A stretch of 61,171 bases of DNA. It comes from Octopus bimaculoides. Its lineage: Eukaryota. Below, one piece after another: positions 37,131 to 50,501 of the stretch. Below the pieces are notes generated by a model. It did no database searches. It was not told the origin of the DNA and saw only the letters and a list, made by a program, of their open reading frames with translations. Position 1 is the stretch's first letter; each line of letters opens with the position of its first letter. The DNA lies in the NCBI RefSeq assembly GCF_001194135.2, contig NC_068985.1, positions 15,787,310 to 15,848,480 of the forward strand, given 5' to 3'. The position numbers and the translations under genes are program-made.

Positions 37131-40100
37131 AATACGTAAAATATTTTCATCTCTGTAAAACAGTCGAAATGTTTCCGTCAAAGCCTTCCAATCCTAAATT
37201 TGTGTATAAAGCATTTTGCAACAACATTTAGAAAATAGGCAATTTCTAAATCGCCGTGTTTTCCATGTATCGTATGCATTTTCATTTCCTGTGTTAGCAT
37301 TTTATTTGCCACGATCTTAATGAAATAAAAAAAAACAACAACTTTTAATTGGTGTGAAGAAAGTAATACCCTGATAATTAAGTGTCCTGAAATGTTCCTC
37401 AGAACCTGTATATAATTTGCCTATGGAAATGAACACATAATGTCTGCATTTCATATTGCAGTGTTGTATACAGCTATTACTATCATGTTGCTAATTACAC
37501 ATGTGTAAAACGATACGTTTTTGTGTGATTGTAATAAATACCCAATGGAATTTATACGTAGTTAATTAATTCTGCTAAATATAGCAGTCAAATATCTTTC
37601 AAGCTAAAATCAACCGTGTTAAAAAAGGGAATATATTAGATAATATAGTCAAGACTAAACAATCTTTAAAAAATAATCGGTTGATCCTGGCTTGCATATA
37701 TTTTATAATAAGTCCGCTTCATTAGGACCATTATTGTTTGTTGTTTATAACCGAATACCATCCATACATGATTATTCGATTTTTGTCTCAGTCTGCTTCA
37801 TCTAATACGTCCGCTTTTAAGGACAGGATGTGATTTCAACTAGATTTGAATGCTATTCCTTGTCGAATGATTTCTCTTGGATCTGTACGTGGACTTTTTT
37901 TCTCAGCATATGCAGTTGCAGTTGTTACTGTTTTGATACCAATTCGTCTGAGACCGCCTTTGGTTCTATAATACAAACTCCCCGCTTTAAAGTGATCTAA
38001 ATTAAAACATGTTATCAAAATATGTTAATTTAAGTTCTAAAAATAACTTAATAAGGACAAAGTTATTTTACTAAATTATTATTTTCAAAATTACTTTCAA
38101 GCATAAATGAAACAAAGCCATTGAATTTGAATTGAAAAACTGTAAATAGAAGGGTAACCCACGTCAACTGTGGTGGAGTGGAGAGGCACGGTTAGAAATC
38201 CTACCGTCTATTATTCAGACAGGATATTTGGGACTACCTTACCTCGGCACAACTAAGAAGTTTGCTTCACAACTAATTAATGGAACCTTTGATATGTATA
38301 TTCTACTGTGACCTTGGGCCGACCAATGCTGTGTGAATAAATTCAGTGGACAGAAAATGGTTGAAATTGGAAGAAAACACTACAAAAATTTGTAAAATCA
38401 AACACGGCCGATATGCTTGTATATTTATAAAGTAGATGAATTGCTTTATAGTGGATAGAACTATTATTATGAAATAGGCACAAAGTCACATGGATATTAC
38501 GCAATGTGGTCAATCACTCAGCTGGCTAGAAATAGCAGCTAAATCTGAGTACATTCTACTGTCTTAAGAAGAAAAAGACAATTTGTGATAACGTGGCCCT
38601 AGCTACTCATAAAAGAAGCAGAGGGTATGGATCTTTCAAAATCTTTCTTAGCGTCATCATATTAAAAAAATTTTCTACAGTGATGTAGTTTTGCATGTTG
38701 ATGTAGGCGATGTTGTTTCCCATGGGAACAGACAGCTGCGACTTCTGACCTATCAACAACGAAGGCTTCCGATTGATTAAATTACTGTAACTTTACCGGC
38801 TTTAACTTTCTAATTATTAATTTCTAGAGAAAATAAACGCATTTTAGTCATGAGCTTGCAAAACTTCATCAGTGTAAAAAAATTGCAAAATGTTCTAACT
38901 GTAGGGAGGGTTTTAAAAAGATTTGAAGGTATAGTCGCGAGTGAAATTCTCCGATAATAAGGTTTACCATGAGGCTAACAAAAACAAAATAACAACAACA
39001 TAAGGGATATCAACAAGACGATATATTGCTGCTATTTCTAACACTAATATACTTTCTTGTAAATAGAAATGTCATATCTAGAGCCGTATATGAAACCTCT
39101 TTTTGTTGAATCGCTTAGCAGCCCGAGCGAGCGAACGCGCAGATGTTCTTTCTTAATGTGTTACATTTAAAACAAATAAATCACTGGATTCAGACGTAAT
39201 TTGCTTGAAAGAAAAATTAAAAAAGAAAAAAACAACTAGGTAATCTAGTAGCAAGACAGCATTAGCTCAATCACTGATATTATTTATATAAACTAAGATG
39301 CAACGTGTTCATTTAATTCTTGGAAATGGAGGTAGTGAGAATTAGAAGAAAAAATATACCATGTTCGTAAAACTAAAAGCAATGAAACATTCTTAAAATG
39401 TTCTTCTGTTTTAAACAAAGAAACAATTAAGATTTTCACAGTTGGATACCAGAGAGACAAAATAAAGTGTCGCAGCACGCTTTCAAGTTGCTTGGAAACA
39501 GAAGAGTGTGGATTTATTCCAGCTTGATACAGAGATGTTTATGTGGCTTAGAAGTTCTCTTCCCAGTCATATGGTTCCAGGATGGACCTCTGTAGACAGT
39601 TGATCACATGGGCAAGTGTCTTCTAATTTAGCTTCAGGTCAATCAATACCTTTAGTAAACAGAAAACACGTCACGTTCTCTCCAACTGTTATATTGTTTT
39701 TGAATAAAGATTTTAAAATATTTTATAACCACCTAATCGTAAAACTTCGTTCCGATGAATGTACCTCGACTAACAACAACAGTAATAATCTTTTCTACCA
39801 TAAGCACAAAGCTTATAATTTGCGGAGAGCTGGTATGTCGATTACATCGATCTCAGTGATGATTTGGTGTTTATTTTATCGACCCAGAAAGGATAAAAGC
39901 TGCAGTCAATCTCAATGTAGTTTGAACACAACGTATAGAACTGGAAGAAATACAGCTTAGCATTTTGTTCGATTCGCTAATGATTCTGTCAGCTTGTCGT
40001 CTTGTATTGATAATAATATTTATGACAATAACAATAATGCCAAAGAAATCAATTTAACATTCTGCTTTAAAAATGCGTCGAAACGATCTGGAAGAGAGGA

Positions 40101-40699
40101 AAATTAATTAAGAATATTAAAACCACACTGGGAAAAGAAACTGAGATAAGAGAATTAGGCCAAACGAAGACATAAATAGAAATAAATGAATGAAACGGTA
40201 TCTGGCATATACAAATGAAACAAAAGCTTAAGAAGAAATATAAGAGACGCATTAGTCTAATACTTAAAATAGAGCTAAATATAAAAAAGCTAAAATAAAA
40301 TAAAATAAAATAATCGGCATCAATAATCTAGCTGTCCTTAGTAATAAGAGTTATAATATTCTGAATTGGTCGCTAAACAAAATAGCAAGGAAAGAAGGAT
40401 AATAATGAGTGACTTCAGAACACACCATCCAAACTCTGACATTAAGATATTATATTTACGACAAATACAAAGTGGTAGGATCCTTATGCAACTAAAATTC
40501 TATTACAAAATATCCACTGTAATACAGTAAAATTATCTAGTATAGAATCATGGAAACATCATTGCAAATAGAGACAAAGTTTGAACAAAAATACTGTTTC
40601 TGTTCTCAAGTATGGCGTTAAATATATATAAAAAAAAGAGGCTGCAATAATACAAATGTATGAGAAAAGTAAGTGGAGCGACAGAAATCATGAAACTGG

Positions 40700-41265
40700 G
40701 ACAACGGGAAACCATTATAAATTGATTGGAAGAAAGGTTCCTATATGGTCAGTATCGGGACTCTTTAGCTGAATAGACTAGATGCAGGCAATGAAAATTC
40801 CTAGTGCTGTTGCTGAAGAGCGCAGAACCATCTCATCAGAAGCCACTAAAATATATAATGAAATAAAGTAATTGAAGAATATGTGGAGATGGAGAAGAGA
40901 CCTTTGGTCACAATGTCTTTGGCAAACCAATCTTAGCAAAGAAAGAATGAATTCACTGGTATGACAGAGTTGGGACATTCCTTCACTGGAAGTTATATCA
41001 ACATTTTGAAACACCAACAGAAATGAGATGGTATGGGAATATATAAGCATAAGATCTTTGGGAATAAAAAAGCATGAAAGTATTTTGGGATATGGCGATA
41101 TGCTTCGACAAGGTATTATTGTCAAGAGTCAGCAGGAAAAGAAATGCTTCTAAATATGCATATCAGTCGACATAAGGGATTGTATAGATTGTATATATCA
41201 AAAGAGAAATGGAAAAATTAACCAAATATAAAGATCTCAAAATAGAGATAACCAAATATTGGCTT
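40700..41265 (+). mobile_element. Decayed RLE-type non-LTR retrotransposon fragment (R4/Dong-like)
   Basis: Frame-broken WEERFLYGQY, PILAKKE, YDRVGTFLHWKLYQ..RWY, KVFWDMAI, KYKDLKIEITKYW. Confidence 0.75.
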
Positions 41266-41620
41266 TTAACACGGACGCAAGCCCTTTTTGATTGATCCCT
41301 TAGAAATGATATGAAAAAAACAAACAAACAAAAAACAAAAAAAAAAACAAGCAGACAAAAGAAGCCTCAGGACCAGAAAATACCACTGCTAGGCACCAGT
41401 GTAGAACATTCAAAATACAGTCAAAATAGCAAAACGAAAACAAATCATTGCGGATGATCAAGGCACACAATTTCGCACTCGGTAGTGCAATGAAAGCACT
41501 CAATGAAAAATAGGCTACTGAATCATAACAGCAGTAATATCAGCAGCAACACACACACACCTGTGATTGCATATGTGTATGTGAACAATATGTGTATGTG
41601 AACAAAATGTGTGTGTGTGT

Positions 41621-41657
<37 letters not shown>

Positions 41658-42558
41658 TGAGTGTGTGTGTGAGTGCGCGCGCGCTCTCCATTATATTAGG
41701 TACTTATATTTCATGCTTCTGCATTCTAAAATGTTTACATGTTTATCTCCCTNNNNNNNNNNNNNNNNNNNNNNNNNNNNNNNNNNNNNNNNNNNNNNNN
41801 NNNNNNNNNNNNNNNNNNNNNNNNNNNNNNNNNNNNNNNNNNNNNNNNNNNNNNNNNNNNNNNNNNNNNNNNNNNNNNNNNNNNNNNNNNNNNNNNNNNN
41901 NNNNNNNNNNNNNNNNNNNNNNNNNNNNNNNNNNNNNNNNNNNNNNNNNNNNNNNNNNNNNNNNNNNNNNNNNNNNNNNNNNNNNNNNNNNNNNNNNNNN
42001 NNNNNNNNNNNNNNNNNNNNNNNNNNNNNNNNNNNNNNNNNNNNNNNNNNNNNNNNNNNNNNNNNNNNNNNNNNNNNNNNNNNNNNNNNNNNNNNNNNNN
42101 NNNNNNNNNNNNNNNNNNNNNNNNNNNNNNNNNNNNNNNNNNNNNNNNNNNNNNNNNNNNNNNNNNNNNNNNNNNNNNNNNNNNNNNNNNNNNNNNNNNN
42201 NNNNNNNNNNNNNNNNNNNNNNNNNNNNNNNNNNNNNNNNNNNNNNNNNNNNNNNNNNNNNNNNNNNNNNNNNNNNNNNNNNNNNNNNNNNNNNNNNNNN
42301 NNNNNNNNNNNNNNNNNNNNNNNNNNNNNNNNNNNNNNNNNNNNNNNNNNNNNNNNNNNNNNNNNNNNNNNNNNNNNNNNNNNNNNNNNNNNNNNNNNNN
42401 NNNNNNNNNNNNNNNNNNNNNNNNNNNNNNNNNNNNNNNNNNNNNNNNNNNNNNNNNNNNNNNNNNNNNNNNNNNNNNNNNNNNNNNNNNNNNNNNNNNN
42501 NNNNNNNNNNNNNNNNNNNNNNNNNNNNNNNNNNNNNNNNNNNNNNNNNNNNNNNNNN

Positions 42559-43511
42559 TAGTGTTTGGCCTTGGGATTTGTTGATGGACATGGCAAAGCA
42601 TGGTCTCACCGGGAACTGCGATCTGCAGAAGTGAAATGGTATGTCTGACCCCGAAGGATAAAGGTGCATCCTTGAAATGAAAACATTTTCACCCCTCCCG
42701 CACTCTGTAACAATGGTGGCCTCAATCAAGTGGGGCATCAGGGACTTAACTACTAAGCGGGTCCCGTTGCACTGTTTAGGCGGAAGCAAATTTCTGATTA
42801 GTATAATTGGGCATCCAACCCTTAGCCTAAGAATATGAGGTGGAAACCCTGCTGGCTCCAATGAGTTGAGAAACTCAATAGGGTGATTGACAATGTCTTG
42901 GGGGTCACAGGTCCGGTCAATCGATTTGTAGATGCGCTCCTCATCCGGAATTCGGCTTATGAGCTGGTCATTGATAACACTGGCAGCTACATTTTTGGGG
43001 GCCAGGATAGTTCTTTCACTGAGCCAATTGATGTCTGCATAGTTACTTTCCAGATTGGGGAACACTGTTTCCAAAATATCAGAAGGGTTGTCCACGGTGT
43101 TGCACTGTTCAGAGATGGATATGTCGCCCATATCATTCCTAGGGAGCTTGCCTTCTCCAAGGGCTAAAATGTCTTCAGCAAATGCTGCAGACGTGCTATC
43201 ACCAAGCAAATGCGCACGCATGTTTGTGCTTAGGCATAACATCTTAACTTGGGGTTACAACGTGGATGACTTAAGGCATGCACGCACTTCATCAGCCCTG
43301 GTTCCTTTAGGGATGACAGGAAGGGTTTGTCGGAAATCTCCTGAAAGCAATAGAGTTACACCACCCATAGAAGTTGTAGAATCCCTGATATCTTTCAGTG
43401 ACCGGTCCAGTGCCTCAAGGGCACCCTTATTGGCCATTGTGCATTCGTCCCATACAATGAGACGGCACTGTCTAAGAACTTCAGCTTCCTCTGAATTTTT
43501 GCTAATATTGC
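42559..43511 (-). pseudogene. Helitron PIF1-family (SF1B) helicase fragment
   Basis: LIVWDECTMA, SGDFRQTLPVIP, TILAPKN, PPHILRLRVGCPIILIRNL, CNGTRL, FAMSINKSQGQTL; one in-frame stop at 43255-57; flanked by gaps on both sides. Confidence 0.95.
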
Positions 43512-44390
43512 NNNNNNNNNNNNNNNNNNNNNNNNNNNNNNNNNNNNNNNNNNNNNNNNNNNNNNNNNNNNNNNNNNNNNNNNNNNNNNNNNNNNNNNNN
43601 NNNNNNNNNNNNNNNNNNNNNNNNNNNNNNNNNNNNNNNNNNNNNNNNNNNNNNNNNNNNNNNNNNNNNNNNNNNNNNNNNNNNNNNNNNNNNNNNNNNN
43701 NNNNNNNNNNNNNNNNNNNNNNNNNNNNNNNNNNNNNNNNNNNNNNNNNNNNNNNNNNNNNNNNNNNNNNNNNNNNNNNNNNNNNNNNNNNNNNNNNNNN
43801 NNNNNNNNNNNNNNNNNNNNNNNNNNNNNNNNNNNNNNNNNNNNNNNNNNNNNNNNNNNNNNNNNNNNNNNNNNNNNNNNNNNNNNNNNNNNNNNNNNNN
43901 NNNNNNNNNNNNNNNNNNNNNNNNNNNNNNNNNNNNNNNNNNNNNNNNNNNNNNNNNNNNNNNNNNNNNNNNNNNNNNNNNNNNNNNNNNNNNNNNNNNN
44001 NNNNNNNNNNNNNNNNNNNNNNNNNNNNNNNNNNNNNNNNNNNNNNNNNNNNNNNNNNNNNNNNNNNNNNNNNNNNNNNNNNNNNNNNNNNNNNNNNNNN
44101 NNNNNNNNNNNNNNNNNNNNNNNNNNNNNNNNNNNNNNNNNNNNNNNNNNNNNNNNNNNNNNNNNNNNNNNNNNNNNNNNNNNNNNNNNNNNNNNNNNNN
44201 NNNNNNNNNNNNNNNNNNNNNNNNNNNNNNNNNNNNNNNNNNNNNNNNNNNNNNNNNNNNNNNNNNNNNNNNNNNNNNNNNNNNNNNNNNNNNNNNNNNN
44301 NNNNNNNNNNNNNNNNNNNNNNNNNNNNNNNNNNNNNNNNNNNNNNNNNNNNNNNNNNNNNNNNNNNNNNNNNNNNNNNNNNNNNNNNNN

Positions 44391-45462
44391 TAATAAAATT
44401 TAAAAATTAAGAATGCAGATTCTCTACGTAAGAAATATGCTACAAAACCCCGTTTTTGAAACTATATCTAATGTTTAAGAAGAAAAAAAAGCATTTTACA
44501 TTTTCAGCCTCGGAAATCCACTCCCCACACACACATTGATCTTTTCATCATCTATTTTTCAATGTACGGGGAAAATACGGAGATTAAGAATATGGAAAAC
44601 ATTTTTTCACTCTTCGTAAGAAATATAAACAGTCAAGTAAAGAATTTAAACAAAAAAGCAAACAAAAACTAAGAAACGAAATGTGCTAGTTGCTAATTAC
44701 ATCGTCATTGGCTTTTATTTTCTAATTGAATGAACCAACATACAGAGACGAAAAATAAGGAAAACGTTTTTAAATCTCAAATTTACCAAGTACAGGTAAA
44801 TTTTTAGATAACACTCGCACGATTTTCACTAAGAAAAAAAGAAATGGAACACTGACAAATTGTTACATACCTCGTTGTTTCATTGTTGTTAGAGAAATGG
44901 ATGGCGAAAAATCGCCGAAGACACTTGTTACAGAAAAGGCCGATATTAAGGGCTCGTACCGGCGTGAAATATAAACAAAACTCTTTCGCTCCCAAAGTGG
45001 GTGGAGAAAGATGAACGATATAAAATAAATAAATGATTTAAAGTAAATATATTTTAATTGTTGTGTGAGAAAGTATATATAATCTCATTATAAAATATAT
45101 TGTCTTTCAAAAACATTGAACCTATATCTCATGTTTAAGAAGAAAAAAAAGAAAATTGACATTTAAATTTTTGATGAACGCTGACAGAGAGCGCGCTCTC
45201 CCTCTCTATCTCTGTCTCACCCTTACACACATTTATCTTTCTTTCTTTCTTTCTTTCTTTATTTTTCTTTCTTTCTTTCTTTCTCACACACACAGCAACA
45301 TTACACACACACACATGCTGCTCTCTCACACTAACAAAAGAACTTCACATACACACCACACTTTCTGTCTGGCATACTCACAATAAAAAGATAGCGTTTA
45401 TTTCTTTTTGGCAACATGTGTTTTGTGTGTAATGTTGCTGTGTGTGTGAGAGAAGGAGAGAG

Positions 45463-45509
<47 letters not shown>

Positions 45510-45973
45510 TTTCTGGCATGTGTGTGTAAGGGAGGGAGAGAGAGATAACTAGCATGTGTGTGTAAGGGAGGGAGAGAGAGAGAGAAAGTATTTTTTTCTT
45601 ACCACACAACTGTTAAGAAATAGCCGCCCTCTCCTACTTTTTTTTTGTCAGAGGCTGGCAAACAAAATTGTATCTCTCCTTCACCCTCCCTCTCACAAAC
45701 ATACAATTTCTCTCTCTCTCTCTCACTCTCGCCTTCACGCGCGTACGCACAGATTTGACTTCGCCATGTCAGCAAACTTCAAAATTGGTAAAAGTTTATC
45801 GATTTTACAGCTATACGCGGGTGCCTCTGAGAGAAAAATTTCGCTAAAATGCACATAAAGTCATGACACATCACCTCCTAAAATTGGAGCGACATGCGTG
45901 CTAATTTGTGGACGTGCATAAACCACATTTACGTACACACACACACAAACATCTTCTGTTTTATAGATATTGA
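44391..45973 (-). mobile_element. Probable Helitron 5' non-coding region and 5' terminus
   Basis: Minus strand A|TCAATATCTATAAAACAGAAGATGTTTG(TG)n at 45973 fits the TC start and A|T insertion rule; same strand as the helicase. Confidence 0.5.
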
Positions 45974-47782
45974 TATATATATATATATATATATATANNN
46001 NNNNNNNNNNNNNNNNNNNNNNNNNNNNNNNNNNNNNNNNNNNNNNNNNNNNNNNNNNNNNNNNNNNNNNNNNNNNNNNNNNNNNNNNNNNNNNNNNNNN
46101 NNNNNNNNNNNNNNNNNNNNNNNNNNNNNNNNNNNNNNNNNNNNNNNNNNNNNNNNNNNNNNNNNNNNNNNNNNNNNNNNNNNNNNNNNNNNNNNNNNNN
46201 NNNNNNNNNNNNNNNNNNNNNNNNNNNNNNNNNNNNNNNNNNNNNNNNNNNNNNNNNNNNNNNNNNNNNNNNNNNNNNNNNNNNNNNNNNNNNNNNNNNN
46301 NNNNNNNNNNNNNNNNNNNNNNNNNNNNNNNNNNNNNNNNNNNNNNNNNNNNNNNNNNNNNNNNNNNNNNNNNNNNNNNNNNNNNNNNNNNNNNNNNNNN
46401 NNNNNNNNNNNNNNNNNNNNNNNNNNNNNNNNNNNNNNNNNNNNNNNNNNNNNNNNNNNNNNNNNNNNNNNNNNNNNNNNNNNNNNNNNNNNNNNNNNNN
46501 NNNNNNNNNNNNNNNNNNNNNNNNNNNNNNNNNNNTATTTATTTTATCCAAGTAGCGTAAATGATCCTTTCTCATTACTGCAAACAGAATTGCAGTGGCC
46601 CATCGGAAATGCATATATCTGAGGATGCTATTGTTCATAAAGACGGAATGTTGTTTTAGTGCATTTGAGCTTGACGTGTAAACCAAGAAATTCATTCCCA
46701 AATTACTTTAGTAGGATTTGCGGAAATCATATTCTTAATGGCGATAGTAAATGAATGAACATCAGGCAAGCGCCAGGTAATTTAAAGTATTCATTTGGAT
46801 GTATTAATCAATGGAATTCAATAAAATATTTATGATTAACCACTAGCTGCTAAGGTTAGCTTTCGTTAGTAATCAGATATTCATTATACAGATATGAGCC
46901 AAAGTGCAAGAAATAAATAATCAAAACACAAAAGAATAAAAACACAAAAGAGGAAAATAGAAAAAAGAAAAAAGAAAATTATATGCTGAGTTTGTTGTGT
47001 TAGTTACGAAATCTATAATAACGCTTGGATGAATAAGCAATTTTTGCTGACGCAGAGTAGCGATAGTTTCATCATACTTGAATAAGAAAATATTGCTGTG
47101 TATTTAGAATGTACAACAAAAATGTGACTGGACTATCAATTATCCAACACTTCTATTTAATGCTTGGTCACCTCAAACTCAGGGATTCATTGTTTTCCAA
47201 ATATTTGTATGATTCATCGATAGCCAGATAAAAGTTCCTGGAGAACAAAATGCCTACGTTTTTTCTGATGGTATAGAAATGAATGTATATTGGTGATGAA
47301 ATAACGGCTGGCTTGGTTTTAATTTAGTGTGATAAGGTGGTGGATGCATTATGTGTTTGTAGGTGTTGATAGTGCTAACAGGTAACTGCTTGCTCGTTAT
47401 TAGCTCTTTTCTGTAACTGTAAAGGAGAGCATTACAGCCAAATTGACCTATAATAGAGTGGACTATCCGAATTGAATTTTAGGATTTATCCGTTGAAAAT
47501 TTCCCAGAATAAATTTAACGCTAAGGCGACCGCGTGATGAGATCTCGGATTTTCTGTTGAGTACTCTTGGTAACAATTTTCATAACATGGAACTTATCAA
47601 ATAAACAAAAGCTGGATCAACTTTACAACCTGGAGTACAGTGAGACTTTATCGATGATATTCCGGATTATGCAAATATTTCCAAGTATGCTGTCCCTTAA
47701 TTTCCAGATATATTACGAGAATGTGATAGAAATATTTCTGCCCCTCGATCCGAATGACTGTATATGCTAGTTATGTCGGATC

Positions 47783-48160
47783 TTAAAAGAGATTGCGGTG
47801 ATTCTTGCATACGTCCTCTCAAAACCATTTGCAAGCGCTATCCTTCCTTTATATATTACCACCTTAGAGGGACATATCCTTCAGATGGCCAGTTTATGGC
47901 TTTACTGTAGTTGTAAGCCGGTTGTTGATTGCGAAATGTTCGCTTACAATTGTGTTCCTTTCGAGTTTTGCCTGTAATGTGAATATTGTTACTGTTCAAT
48001 TTTCTTTCAAGTTGTTCCTGATGAGGTGAGGTAACTGTGTATAGCATAAACTGGCCATCTGAAGGATATGTCCCTCTAAGGTGGTAATATATAAAGGAAG
48101 GATAGCGCTTGCAAATGGTTTTGAGAGGACTTATACAGGAATCACCGCAATCTCTTTTAA
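47783..48160. repeat. 378-bp foldback with 116-bp arms (113/116 identical), 146-bp spacer and TTAA at both ends
   Basis: Arms 47783-47898 and 48045-48160 compared base by base. Confidence 0.95.
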
Positions 48161-48522
48161 TAGAAGAAAATTTCAAGTTATGATCGGGGTTATGATAGGA
48201 TGGTTTGAACTATTTTATTTCCATTCCCGCAAGTGTGTGTGTGTCTGTTGGGAGTTCCTAGTATGATATCATCATGTTAAAACCATGTCTAGTTGTAACT
48301 GGAAATGGTTTTCTAGTTACATATAGGTGGCACATTTGAAGATATTCGTACGCAATATAAAAAGGAAAATGTCAGAAATAGACAACTGATGACACATTGA
48401 ACTGATTTAGTAAAAGCAGTAACGACAGTACAATCTGTCATACATGCGCAAATACATGTAGAAATACAAACATACACAGACACACAAACACACACGTGCA
48501 TACACATACACACACCTACATG

Positions 48523-48624
<102 letters not shown>

Positions 48625-48842
48625 NNNNNNNNNNNNNNNNNNNNNNNNNNNNNNNNNNNNNNNNNNNNNNNNNNNNNNNNNNNNNNNNNNNNNNNNNNNN
48701 NNNNNNNNNNNNNNNNNNNNNNNNNNNNNNNNNNNNNNNNNNNNNNNNNNNNNNNNNNNNNNNNNNNNNNNNNNNNNNNNNNNNNNNNNNNNNNNNNNNN
48801 NNNNNNNNNNNNNNNNNNNNNNNNNNNNNNNNNNNNNNNNNN

Positions 48843-48885
<43 letters not shown>

Positions 48886-49211
48886 CATGCATGTATGTGT
48901 GTGTGTGTGTAATAAGGATTTGTTTAACCTTTTAAATTATTTAATTCGACAGAAATGTTTCCCTACACAACGTATATTACATCTACAGTGTTCGAGATGT
49001 TACGTCTAGCCGAGAAACCGTTTGAATCTAATATCCAACCGTCCAGTGTCCATAGCTACACGTTTTCTTAACCTATGACCGTTCATCATTGAAACTAATA
49101 AATCTTCATTTACGCGATATTACTTCCTTCATCCTTTAGTTTCCTTCTATTAACTTCTGTATATATACCTACGCGTTGCAACTATAAGCGTACCTTCGCA
49201 TACAAACGAAA

Positions 49212-49545
49212 CACACACACACACACACACACACATACACACACATATACACACACGCACACACACTCACTCACACTCACATATGCACACACTCACACAC
49301 ACACTCACACACACTCACACACACACACACACACTCACACACACATACACGGACTCTCACATACATATATTCGCACACTCACACTCACACATAGACACAC
49401 TCACACACAGACACACTCACAGTCACACAAGCACACATGCACTCTCACACACTCACACACACTCACACACACACTCACACACACTCACGCTCACACACGC
49501 ATACACACTCTCACACAAGCACACACACACACACACACACACACA
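49212..49545. repeat. Long compound (CA)n/(CACT)n tract
   Basis: Direct reading. Confidence 0.95.
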
Positions 49546-49548
49546 TAC

Positions 49549-50501
49549 GGTGATCGGTAATCTGCCTCTTGTAATTTCACCCCGGTATTTTGACTCCGGT
49601 GATTTGACCCGCGGTAATTTGATTGCTAGTCAATTTGACTCCTGGTAATTTCACTCCTGATATTAGTAAAACTACATAAATAAATAAATAAAACGTTTAG
49701 TAAAGACAAACTAAAAAGTACACTAAAACATCAAAATGTCACTAAAAACTTCAATAATGATGAAGGTTACGAACTATTGCTCGTAAAGAATCTACCTTAT
49801 TTTCGGGACTATATGGCACAATAATTATCTGCAGCTGTTTCTTTATATATCTATACTCTTGTTTTTGGTCTCACAGATCTCATCTCAATCCAGTTTCCCA
49901 GTTGTGCCAAGTGTTTTTCCCTTTTCAATGCAGTAATTAATTTCCATATATTCGGATGTATGTAAGTTAAAGAACTTTGTAGTGCGCTGCGATATCCCTC
50001 TAAATGGTTATTAGTGCGAGACATATCCGATTCTCTTCTAAAGCGATCATTTCAACTCTCAATGAGAAACAAAGGAGTTCTTCGTTGTCTAATTCCTCTA
50101 CCTCGCACACATCCTGTGTACGATAATTCAAAATAGGACATAAATTCTTGTGGAATATCGTCGTCATTTACAAGATCTTCGAATCCTTCAATCACACCGT
50201 TGAGAGGAAGAGAGGCCAGAGCTGAAAAACATCTGATTTTAATGCTAAACTCATTATAATGATGGTATCTTTCCTTAAAGCCAAATTCACTTACTTTTCT
50301 ATATACATTTTGAGATAGATGAAGAAGACAACAAGAGACGGAAGCATTAGGAAGCACGGATAAAATGCTATTAATGTGAGCTTTTTCAAAGTCCATCATA
50401 AGGTTTTCATGGCTCAGGGCTTGGCGTAATTCATTTAGCTTATCAAAATGGCGGGTGTAAATTCTTGATTTTTGTTTGGAAGTAATGCAGTAGTAATTCA
50501 A
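49549..50501 (-). mobile_element. MULE (Mutator-like) element 3' part: transposase remnant plus a terminus with subterminal tandem repeats
   Basis: MDFEKAHINS..SCCLLHLSQ..YFELSY..PLFLIES*ND..SRTNNHLEG..HPNIWKLI; about seven 14-15-bp ggtaattt(g/c)ac(t/c)cc units at 49556-49659. Confidence 0.88.

Noticed and set aside
49283-49648. His/Thr-rich 121-aa ORF and other poly-I/Y/H/N/A ORFs
   Set aside because: They are translations of microsatellites.
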